Part shown: piece after piece, positions 26,009-33,325 of the stretch
Layout of the letters: each line of letters opens with the position of its first letter
Position numbering within the stretch: position 1 is the stretch's first letter
Source of the DNA: an uncultured Dehalococcoidales bacterium
GTDB lineage: Bacteria; Chloroflexota; Dehalococcoidia; Dehalococcoidales; DAOVUZ01
Direction of reading: 5' to 3'
Assembly: GCA_964616615.1 (NCBI GenBank)
Contig: CAZTRJ010000003.1
Location: forward strand, 1-46,866
DNA length: 46,866 bases
Made by a program: the position numbers and the translations under genes
The notes under the pieces: generated by a model
The model's database searches: none
Told to the model about the DNA's origin: nothing
Seen by the model: the letters and a program-made list of their open reading frames with translations, nothing else

Positions 26009-27678
26009 TTCTCCTCTCCCGCTGAAGAGCTACTTTGCCGACCTTTAACTCCTGAAGTAATTAGTTTATTCAGGTTGAACACCTTTTCGCTACATATCCT
26101 TTCACATCTCATACAGGCTACCCCATTACACAGGGCTAGGTTAATAACGATGGCAGGCTTCTCCCCCTGTTCATCCAGGGAAAGAGCTCCCTCGGGGCAT
26201 TCCTCGACGCACTTCTGGCAGCTGATGCACCCCTCAAAAGCCATCTCTTTTAGTTCCCCGATGTCGGGAATAATCTTTAGCCCCATAACCCCCAAATCTG
26301 GTATGTCCCTCTCCACCGTCTTAATAACCTCTGGAAGCTCACCGACCTCGTGGAGGGGAGGGTAGCCATATCTTTCCAGAAATTGTTGATACATCTTCAA
26401 GGGCATACCCTGAGTCCATAAGGAAAGTTCAAGGACATAGACCTTCTCAAAAACCTCGGACTCGGCAAACATGCAGTGGTGTTGCCGCATCTCATTGGCT
26501 ATTTTTTGCATGTTCCACAGTTCATCCTCGCTTTTGACCATATCCCGGGACATAGCCAGGGAGGTGTTCCCTACCTGGAAGACCCTCTTTACAGTTGACG
26601 GTACCATGCCTATTTGCTGGGCCTTGAGGGCATCGACATAGGTTCCAGAGGCGCCGGACATATAAGCCGTTCCTATTTGGGTCATATCTATACCCGCCGC
26701 CTGACAAAGGGTGACATGCCCCGCCCTGACCGCGCCAATAGCCTTACCCGCCTCCTCGACATCGTGTTCGGTAAACTTGATACCGCTGGCAAGTTTGATT
26801 TTACTATCGGATGTTTTGATTTTGGGAAGTTTAATCAGACCGGTGTTTATTCCCTGGCTGAGTAAGGCAATCACTCCGGTACCAGTAATGCCTACCGCCT
26901 TTAAACTCCCTTTATCCAGGACTTTGCCCGAATCAGGGTCCACTAGGTCTCCTTTTTGGGCATACATATCCTGGTCAAGGACAAAACACTGAAGTCCGCC
27001 ATCCTGGGAATTGACATCAGAGATGGCTCCGGGGAGGGCTAATAGGCCATCCTCAATCTGTTGCCCTTCCAGGGCAGGCCCAGCAGCCGTAGAGCCAGTG
27101 TAAACGACTCCCCCTACTATGAGGGCCATTTCATTGTTAGTGCCGTAATCGGTGACAATGGCGATTTCTTCCCTTTCCAGCACACCTGCCTGAATCATCA
27201 TAGCCAGGGCGTCGGCTCCAATCTCGTGGCGAACCGCCGGTGGCACCAACACATCTGCTTCAGTCGGCAGGTCAAGACCTCTGACATCCCGTGCCTTAAC
27301 TATTTGGGCATCTCTTTTCGGGGGGACTACCCCCAGACTTTCCAGCTTGCTTTTCCCAGCATAGGCCAGGTCTCTTATCTCCATTTCCCTGAAAATAGAG
27401 AGCTGAATAGGATTGCCGCAGACAGCCAATCGCACCACATCATCTTTTTCGATTCTAAGATTGTCAATAACCCGATTGACAGCATTAACAGCCACATCAT
27501 GGGCGTTTGCTACCCCAACCTCCAGGGCAAAATGCAGGTGGTCCATTACATTAGCCCCTGGCATGGGGTGGCGGGTAGTAATAGCGGTAGAGATTATTTT
27601 GTTCCCATTGTCCAGGTCAATGGCTTGCCCCCTGAAGCCACTGGTTCCCAAATCAAAGGCAATACCTAGTTTCCCCAT
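26005..27678 (-). CDS. ramA: RamA-type reductive activase (ASKHA ATPase + C-terminal 2x[4Fe-4S] ferredoxin domain)
   Basis: N-terminal ASKHA motifs (GIAFDLGTSG, TDYGTNNE). C-terminal CISCQKCVEECP and CNGVACMRCERIC clusters. This is the domain order described for Methanosarcina RamA. Confidence 0.7.
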   Translation of the reverse strand: MGKLGIAFDLGTSGFRGQAIDLDNGNKIISTAITTRHPMPGANVMDHLHFALEVGVANAHDVAVNAVNRVIDNLRIEKDDVVRLAVCGNPIQLSIFREMEIRDLAYAGKSKLESLGVVPPKRDAQIVKARDVRGLDLPTEADVLVPPAVRHEIGADALAMMIQAGVLEREEIAIVTDYGTNNEMALIVGGVVYTGSTAAGPALEGQQIEDGLLALPGAISDVNSQDGGLQCFVLDQDMYAQKGDLVDPDSGKVLDKGSLKAVGITGTGVIALLSQGINTGLIKLPKIKTSDSKIKLASGIKFTEHDVEEAGKAIGAVRAGHVTLCQAAGIDMTQIGTAYMSGASGTYVDALKAQQIGMVPSTVKRVFQVGNTSLAMSRDMVKSEDELWNMQKIANEMRQHHCMFAESEVFEKVYVLELSLWTQGMPLKMYQQFLERYGYPPLHEVGELPEVIKTVERDIPDLGVMGLKIIPDIGELKEMAFEGCISCQKCVEECPEGALSLDEQGEKPAIVINLALCNGVACMRCERICSEKVFNLNKLITSGVKGRQSSSSAGEEK

Positions 27679-27752
27679 AACTCCCTCCTCGCAAGAATCA
27701 ATCTTTTACTTTGGTAGCATTAATTGTTCAAGACCTCCTGCGGTGCCACCTA

Positions 27753-28565
27753 TCAGGCTAATGCCTGAACTGCCATGGCAGCGACACCCAGTTGCAGGGG
27801 GTCATGGATAAGTTGAACCATATCTGACTCAGGTTCGTCAATGCCCAGAGGTACGCCCGGCGCTGCCAGGAACAGCCGACATTTCAGCTCCCCGACCCTG
27901 ATAATGTTAGAAGAGGTGGTGGCATCCAGCACCAGGTTGGTCTCACTTAAAATCTCACCCACACTACCCGCCCCTCTTATGCCTGCCCTCCCCGCCAGAA
28001 AATCAGACTGCCGCCTCTGGTCCTTATCATAAACGATGAGCCGGGCCCCGTGCGAGTGAAGCCAGCCCACTGCCGCCTGCCCTACCGGCCCTAATCCCAG
28101 GACAGCCACCGGGCGTCCAGCGACACCTCCGGCAGCAGCAGCCAGGGCGGCAGCATAAACCTCACCCGTAGCCAGTGTATTATCTACCAGTCGGCGGGAA
28201 CGCAAGTTCAATGCCAGAAAGGCGGCATCGTCGGCAAGTAGTATAATTTCTGAACCACCGACCACAGCCTCGCCCAATCCAGCCACATCCTGCCCTCTGG
28301 TAACTTTACAAGGCAGCCCCAGAAAACAGCCTATGTCAGCTACCTGTTCCGAAAAACCAGGAATGATGCCCTGACCGGTAGTGATAGGAATAACCGCCAC
28401 CCAGGACAGAGCTGCCACCCCGGTTCTGTATTGTTCCAGTGTCATATCTGTTGTCTCAAGAGCCAGTTCCAGCAGTCCCATACCAGTTGCAGCCTGCAGC
28501 CTCTGCTCGTATGCTTTCAAATCGATAGGTCCCTGCTTCAGGTCATCTGTGGTCAACCGCGTCAT
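27753..28565 (-). CDS. pylD: pyrrolysine biosynthesis dehydrogenase PylD
   Basis: By-eye alignment with Methanosarcina PylD: LTTDDL, IPITTGQGIIPGFSEQV, GSEIILLADDAAFLALNL, VLGLGPVG Rossmann loop. Overlaps the pylC end by 23 nt. Confidence 0.85.
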   Translation of the reverse strand: MTRLTTDDLKQGPIDLKAYEQRLQAATGMGLLELALETTDMTLEQYRTGVAALSWVAVIPITTGQGIIPGFSEQVADIGCFLGLPCKVTRGQDVAGLGEAVVGGSEIILLADDAAFLALNLRSRRLVDNTLATGEVYAAALAAAAGGVAGRPVAVLGLGPVGQAAVGWLHSHGARLIVYDKDQRRQSDFLAGRAGIRGAGSVGEILSETNLVLDATTSSNIIRVGELKCRLFLAAPGVPLGIDEPESDMVQLIHDPLQLGVAAMAVQALA

Positions 28566-29781
28566 GATTCCCTCCGAGTTGCGGCACTTGGTAAGTAGGG
28601 TCGATAAAATCTTTCAGGTTCAATGCCGAGGCTATGCGCTCCAGGCACCTTTGCCGCTTTTCAGCAACTGATGCCCAGTCAACTCCAGTAAAAATGAGGG
28701 TGCTCTTGAAAGCCGACTTCCCTTCCTGATAGTTAGTCAGGGCTACGGTGGCTCCGAAAAATTCACCATTGGGCCACACCCGGAGTCCGCTCCAGGGTAG
28801 CAAACGCGTCTCGCCAATAGCCTCCAGACAGGAGTTACCTACTGACCAGTGTTCCAGCCAGGCACACCCGGGCCCAGCTACCGCCGGGCGGAGGGGCTGA
28901 CCACATCCATGAGCCTTTACCCATTCCTCCAGCAGGTTGATACCGGAGGCATGATAAACAGCCATGGGCGTCTGACTGGGAAAGCGAGCATCAATCTCCA
29001 GAACAACAACCTCCCCCCTTCGGGGGTCAGCCATGACCTCAACATCCATAAGCCCATTAAGCTTCAGGTGGCGGGCAATGTCAAGGCAGATGGTTTCAAA
29101 CCTCTGATTGAGACTGTGGGGCAATCTCGACGGAGCATAAACCCGCTTGCAATCCAGTTTAGCATCAAATTCCAATTCGGTGACCAGATAGCCGACGCCT
29201 GCCCCTTGCCGGGCAATTACCTCCAAAGAAAGGGAAGGACCGCTATGATAGGCTTCCACCACCATCTCTCCATAACGGGTAGTGAGTTCCGGCAAAACAG
29301 CGTCCAAGGCGGTCCGACTCAACACTACCTGAAGACCATGACTCCCACTGGACGTGGACGGTTTGACTATAACCGGGAAGCGGCAATGAGGCCACTTTTC
29401 CGGGACAGGGATTCCGTGGTCGGCAAAAAAGCGGTTACTGCGTATTTTGGATGATGATACGGCATAGGCTGCAGTATCATGCAAAAATGTCACCCCGGCT
29501 TCCTCACAGGTCTCCGCCAAAAAATCCAGGGTTCCCTTCTCTTCAGTTGCCGGTAGAATCGCATCCATATCCGGCAGCAGACGGCGAAACCGGTGGGGCT
29601 CTTCCTGGATGTCAAAAACGCAGGCTTGATGAGCCAGTGCCAGAGCTGGCGCCTCCGGGTCACGGTCGATAACCGTAACCTGATATCCAGCTTCCCGTGC
29701 CAGGTAGGCGGCTTCAATCCCCTGTAGACGCCCCCCGACAAGTCCAAGGCGAAAGGAATAAGCATGTGGTTTAGGGTTCAT
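28543..29781 (-). CDS. pylC: 3-methylornithine--L-lysine ligase PylC (ATP-grasp)
   Basis: Pre-ATP-grasp N-terminus LGLVGGRLQGIEAAYLAREAGYQVTVID. ATP-grasp body (VIVKPSTSSGSHG, LEIDARFPSQTP). The start is set at ATG 29781 (MNPKPH) rather than the upstream alternative start at 29796. Confidence 0.8.
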   Translation of the reverse strand: MNPKPHAYSFRLGLVGGRLQGIEAAYLAREAGYQVTVIDRDPEAPALALAHQACVFDIQEEPHRFRRLLPDMDAILPATEEKGTLDFLAETCEEAGVTFLHDTAAYAVSSSKIRSNRFFADHGIPVPEKWPHCRFPVIVKPSTSSGSHGLQVVLSRTALDAVLPELTTRYGEMVVEAYHSGPSLSLEVIARQGAGVGYLVTELEFDAKLDCKRVYAPSRLPHSLNQRFETICLDIARHLKLNGLMDVEVMADPRRGEVVVLEIDARFPSQTPMAVYHASGINLLEEWVKAHGCGQPLRPAVAGPGCAWLEHWSVGNSCLEAIGETRLLPWSGLRVWPNGEFFGATVALTNYQEGKSAFKSTLIFTGVDWASVAEKRQRCLERIASALNLKDFIDPTYQVPQLGGNHDAVDHR

Positions 29782-29801
29782 AGCCACCAGTCTCACATAA
29801 T

Positions 29802-29838
29802 GGGGTGAGCTTCGCTAAGGAGTCACTAAGCTCACCCC
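29802..29838 (-). promoter_or_regulatory. leader hairpin upstream of pylC
   Basis: Perfect 11-bp stem GGGGTGAGCTT / AAGCTCACCCC with a 15-nt loop. It lies between the promoter and the pylC start, with no trailing U-run. Confidence 0.5.
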
Positions 29839-29849
29839 AAGCAGTGAAA

Positions 29850-29878
29850 ATTATAAGCCCAGCCTAAATTCTTGTCAA
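29850..29878 (-). promoter_or_regulatory. consensus sigma70 promoter for pylC-pylD
   Basis: On the - strand: TTGACA (29878-29873), a 17-nt spacer, then TATAAT (29855-29850). Both hexamers are perfect. Confidence 0.65.
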
Positions 29879-30003
29879 CAGCTTGTACTCTTCTTGTTCC
29901 AGAAACTTGAGTGGTGTCAGGTAGTTAAGGGCTTGGTGAGAACAGGAGGACAGCAGTAACTAGCTTTAATAAGGCAAGAGGTCATGGTTTTGGCACAGCC
30001 TGT

Positions 30004-30834
30004 TTAGATGTTGAGCCGTGCCCCATCCAGATAGATTAGGCTTCTACCGACACGGTGTATATTCCCATTGCCGGTAACTAACATAGCCACCCGCTCCAGC
30101 CCTACACCCAGTCCGGCCCAGGATTCGCTGATGTTCCAGTTGCCATCCAGAGGATGGGGGCCGGTAGCGCCCGAAGCCACCTCCACCCCATCACAGACCA
30201 CATCCAGGGTAAAGCCATAAACCTGAGAGGACTCTTTCACCAAATCATAGGAAAGACCAAATGTGCCCATGACCAGGTCTGCTATCTCAACCAACCGTTC
30301 TTGTGGCTCACCTTGACAACCCAATTCCACCAGGTTCAGCATAGTGAACTCTTCCATGTGGTGGGAGCCTTTGGACTCCTTGCGCCAGCAGGAGCCTATC
30401 TCAAAAAGGCAGATTGGGCGCGGCCACAGACGCTGCAAGTGTCCCAACAGAAAATAGAGGTTGGGCGCCAACATAGGGCGAAGGCAACGCTCTTCATCAA
30501 TCCAGAAAATCTGCTTCCACAGGGGGTCATCCTCAAAAATGTTCATTTTTTTGAGTAATCCCCGGGCTAAAAAGGCGGGGGTAGTCACCTCCACGAACCC
30601 GGCCTGCACCAAGGTTTCGGCTATCTGCGCCGCTATTCTAACCGGGGCAGGACGACGCAGAGTAGTGCGGAGTCTGGTCAAGATTTCCAGGTTTCTTTCC
30701 GACAACTCTTTGGCCAGATGATTGAAGCAGGCGTTACGCTCCGATTCGGAGGCAAAGCTCAGTGCCAGTGCCTCAGGTTCCGCATCCAGTTCAACGAGCC
30801 GCTGTTTTTGAGTACTTGAAAAGGTAACCTTCAT
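30004..30834 (-). CDS. pylS: pyrrolysyl-tRNA synthetase, catalytic subunit (PylSc)
   Basis: By-eye alignment with Desulfitobacterium PylSc and the Methanosarcina PylRS C-domain: CLRPMLAPNLY, ICLFEIGSCWRKES, EEFTMLN, VYGFTLDV, ASGATGPHPLD, GLGVGLERV, SLIYLDGARLNI. The start is set at ATG 30834 behind AAGGAAGG. Confidence 0.9.
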   Translation of the reverse strand: MKVTFSSTQKQRLVELDAEPEALALSFASESERNACFNHLAKELSERNLEILTRLRTTLRRPAPVRIAAQIAETLVQAGFVEVTTPAFLARGLLKKMNIFEDDPLWKQIFWIDEERCLRPMLAPNLYFLLGHLQRLWPRPICLFEIGSCWRKESKGSHHMEEFTMLNLVELGCQGEPQERLVEIADLVMGTFGLSYDLVKESSQVYGFTLDVVCDGVEVASGATGPHPLDGNWNISESWAGLGVGLERVAMLVTGNGNIHRVGRSLIYLDGARLNI

Positions 30835-31174
30835 GTCCGCCTTCCTTGACAAAGGAGGTCCGAGAGTATTTTTCCAGCTTCCACGCCGGCACCCGACAAC
30901 TCTGACAGGGCTTTTCGTACCATTTATTCCTGAGCCACCGTGCCAGGCGACTATTACTGGAACACTTGACACAGACCCTCTGGTTGCAGTGGGTGATTAT
31001 GGTCATCACATTACCCCGGCACTTTACGGAACGAACACCATGGAGGATTCCCTTATGTGACGGCAAAAGCTTAATCCGATTTATGAGGTAATATAAGTCT
31101 TCGCCCTTCCTGAAGACCTTCTTCTTTTTCCGCTTTCCGCCAACCTCAGCGGTAACGGGACTTTGTGGTTCCAT
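30791..31174 (-). CDS. pylSn: pyrrolysyl-tRNA synthetase N-terminal tRNA-binding subunit (PylSn)
   Basis: Matches the PylRS N-domain by eye: LINRIKLLPSHKGILHGV...THCNQRVCVKCSSNSRLARWLRNKWYEKPCQSCRV against M. mazei LISATGLWMSRTGTIHKI...[34 protein letters not shown]. The H/C/C/C Zn ligands are conserved. Its 3' end overlaps pylSc by 44 nt in another frame. Confidence 0.8.
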   Translation of the reverse strand: MEPQSPVTAEVGGKRKKKKVFRKGEDLYYLINRIKLLPSHKGILHGVRSVKCRGNVMTIITHCNQRVCVKCSSNSRLARWLRNKWYEKPCQSCRVPAWKLEKYSRTSFVKEGGHEGYLFKYSKTAAR

Positions 31175-31206
31175 AACACTTCCCCCGGGCTATAGACGGC
31201 AAACAC

Positions 31207-31278
31207 TGGCGGAGAGTTCGGGAGTTTAACCCGACTACATGGATTTAGAGTCCACGCGGTCCTGCCGACCAACCCTCC
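31207..31278 (-). tRNA. pylT: tRNA-Pyl (anticodon CUA), CCA encoded
   Basis: The - strand reads GGAGGGT-T-GGTC-GGCAG-GACC-G-CGTGGA-CTCTAAA-TCCATG-TAG-TCGGG-TTAAACT-CCCGA-ACTCTCC-G-CCA. Features: 7-bp acceptor stem, one linker nt, 5-nt D loop, 6-bp anticodon stem, CUA anticodon, 3-nt variable loop, T loop lacking the TPsiC consensus, and G discriminator. Close to the M. barkeri tRNA-Pyl core GGACTCTAAATCC. Confidence 0.92.
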
Positions 31279-31400
31279 ATAAAGGCTGAGAACACTTGCT
31301 TTCTGGGACACTTAGCCCATCGTGTCCCCCATCTCTAATATCCAACCGAAGAGCTATTACATTGGCTCCAGTAGTATGCAAGTCACCAGCCAGCTTGTTG

Positions 31401-32090
31401 TTATTTCGGCTTTTGAATGGCTCTCAGCGCTCGGCGCAACATATCCAGCCAGGGTTCTACCGTTTCGGCTCTAAACCGTTCGTAGTCCCTTGCCAACGAT
31501 GCATCTGCCACCGTCAGATAGACCCTAGCCACTTCCGGGCTCTCAAATTCCCCGCTGAGCTTATCCCCTAAAACTTTTTTTAAAGAAGGGTAAAGCTCCT
31601 GGTACGGTTCTAAAAATCCCATAATTTCGAAAACACTGCCTTCCATTTCCTCCAGACACGGAAATTCCTCCAGACACGGAAAGGGTTTACTCAAAATCCT
31701 CTCTAAACAGCGACAACGCTCAGACAATGAATCCAGCCCACCCTGCAAGTAAGCACTGACTGCCTCCGAATCAACACTGATATAATCCATAACAGCCAGT
31801 TGGCAGTCGTCAATGGCATAAATGCTGCAACCTTCGTCGCTAACTTTTAATTCCAGCTCATTTTTCACGAAACTGTAGAGAGCCTCTCCCGTGAGCCTGG
31901 AAGACATCTTCCCAATTATCCGTACCACCTCCCCCATGGATTCCAGTGGAAGTTCAGCAGGAGCCTTCAAGCAGTATAGTTCGCCGAAAAAATGGCACCG
32001 CACGCTTAAAGGCCGGGCTAAGCTCCCAAACGTACCAGGGTCCCAAACCTTTAACAGCAGCATGTCACCCGGCGAGCTTTCGCTGGTCAT
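31401..32090 (-). CDS. hypothetical protein, third gene of the AAA+/VWA module
   Basis: 229-aa ORF whose start overlaps the VWA gene stop by 4 nt. No recognisable motif. Contains the internal PCLEEF/PCLEEM duplication. Confidence 0.45.
   Translation of the reverse strand: MTSESSPGDMLLLKVWDPGTFGSLARPLSVRCHFFGELYCLKAPAELPLESMGEVVRIIGKMSSRLTGEALYSFVKNELELKVSDEGCSIYAIDDCQLAVMDYISVDSEAVSAYLQGGLDSLSERCRCLERILSKPFPCLEEFPCLEEMEGSVFEIMGFLEPYQELYPSLKKVLGDKLSGEFESPEVARVYLTVADASLARDYERFRAETVEPWLDMLRRALRAIQKPK
31647..31682. repeat. 18-nt perfect tandem duplication inside the hypothetical CDS
   Basis: TTCCTCCAGACACGGAAA x2 (31647-31664 and 31665-31682), encoding FPCLEE twice. Confidence 0.9.
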
Positions 32091-33325
32091 TGTTCATACC
32101 CCTGTAACCGGATGACCCTTCCAAATGGCGGCTCACGGTAAGAATTCATAACCCAGATGACATCAAAGGGTTGATTCGAGTCCGGATATTTCCCATCTCC
32201 GTCCGTCAGGTAAACCAGCACTTCAGGCGGGTCATCATCTATCTTGCTAAAAACAGGACGGAAGTCGGTACCACCACTACCACTGAGACACTTCAGGAAA
32301 GACTCAAAATCTGAATCATGCACCGCCATCATATCAGCATGAACGGCGGCATCGCAAGCCAAAAGCCTGGCCCGGAACGAACTGAAGGACTGGAGGATGT
32401 TTCTGATTTCCGCCAAAAACTCGTCAAGCTGCTCATCACTCACGCTTCCCGAGGTGTCCACCGCCACCGCTATTTTTAACAGCTCAGACTTAGAAGATGG
32501 ATAGTATATCCCATATTGAAGCAATCGCCTATCGGGTTTCATCCAATCATAATCATCACTAGAGCGCTGCTTAATATACTGATGCAAAAGCTGACGCCAA
32601 TTCAAACGAGGGTAAGCAAGTTCCCCAACTACCCGGGCAATGCCCAAGGGGAACATACCTTGATGCTTCGCCACCGCCGCCGCTTCAATCGCCCTCTGTT
32701 TCCACAACTCCTCATCTTTACTAGCTTCAGCAGACTTATCCAATGCCTCTTTACTAGCTTCAGCAGACTTATCCAATGCCTCTTTACTAGCTTCAGTGGG
32801 CTTATCCAATGTCTCCCTTGGCCCACTATCCTGTCGGTTGATGTCATGCCCGCCTTCTTCAGTGTTGTCCCACACACCGTGGTCATCAATAGTATCTCCT
32901 TCACCACCAGGCAGGCCTTCTTCATTCAATAGCTCATTGTAAATTTGCTCCGCGCTTTTGTTTTCAAACTCTTTTTCATACAATATCCCTTCAGGCAAAC
33001 GGAAGTGGTCTTTCAAAATAGCGTTAATCACATAGTCCGCCGCCATGTTCCAGAGCCTTTTTTCTCGAGAACCACGCCTCCAGATGTGCCCCAGCGCCAG
33101 ATGCATCACCTCGTGGGCAAAGACCCCCTCAATCTCCTCATCTTCCAGTCTATCTATCTTTTCCGGGAAATAGTACAGACAAATACCGTCGGTCCCGGTT
33201 GGATATTTGCTCTCATGCTCCCTCAGCTCGAGATAGTTGGCGAGATAGCCAAAAAAGGGGTTCTTCAGCAGTAGCTGAACCCTGGCTCTAATTACCCTCT
33301 TCCTGACGCTCGTAGAATCACTCAT
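32087..33325 (-). CDS. HExxH metallopeptidase-like + VWA-like domain protein (DUF2201-type partner of MoxR ATPases)
   Basis: N-terminal FAHEVMHLALGH (HExxH). Central low-complexity repeat linker. C-terminal VWA/MIDAS-like AVDTSGSVS. Overlaps the AAA+ gene stop by 4 nt. Confidence 0.65.
   Translation of the reverse strand: MSDSTSVRKRVIRARVQLLLKNPFFGYLANYLELREHESKYPTGTDGICLYYFPEKIDRLEDEEIEGVFAHEVMHLALGHIWRRGSREKRLWNMAADYVINAILKDHFRLPEGILYEKEFENKSAEQIYNELLNEEGLPGGEGDTIDDHGVWDNTEEGGHDINRQDSGPRETLDKPTEASKEALDKSAEASKEALDKSAEASKDEELWKQRAIEAAAVAKHQGMFPLGIARVVGELAYPRLNWRQLLHQYIKQRSSDDYDWMKPDRRLLQYGIYYPSSKSELLKIAVAVDTSGSVSDEQLDEFLAEIRNILQSFSSFRARLLACDAAVHADMMAVHDSDFESFLKCLSGSGGTDFRPVFSKIDDDPPEVLVYLTDGDGKYPDSNQPFDVIWVMNSYREPPFGRVIRLQGYEQ
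32715..32813. repeat. 33-nt tandem repeat x3 within the VWA protein linker
   Basis: Units at 32715-32747, 32748-32780 and 32781-32813 (TCTTTACTAGCTTCAGCAGACTTATCCAATGCC). The first two are identical and the third has a few changes. Encodes (EASKEALDKSA)n. Confidence 0.9.

Noticed and set aside
30835-30972. 46-codon upstream extension of the pylSc frame
   Set aside because: It overlaps the conserved C-terminal part of pylSn in a different frame. An SD (AAGGAAGG) precedes ATG 30834, and known PylSc proteins begin near this point. It is kept only as a note on a possible frameshift fusion.
32715-32813. Possible CRISPR-like array
   Set aside because: The units are contiguous with no spacers, lie in frame inside a CDS, and number only three copies. 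It is a coding tandem repeat.
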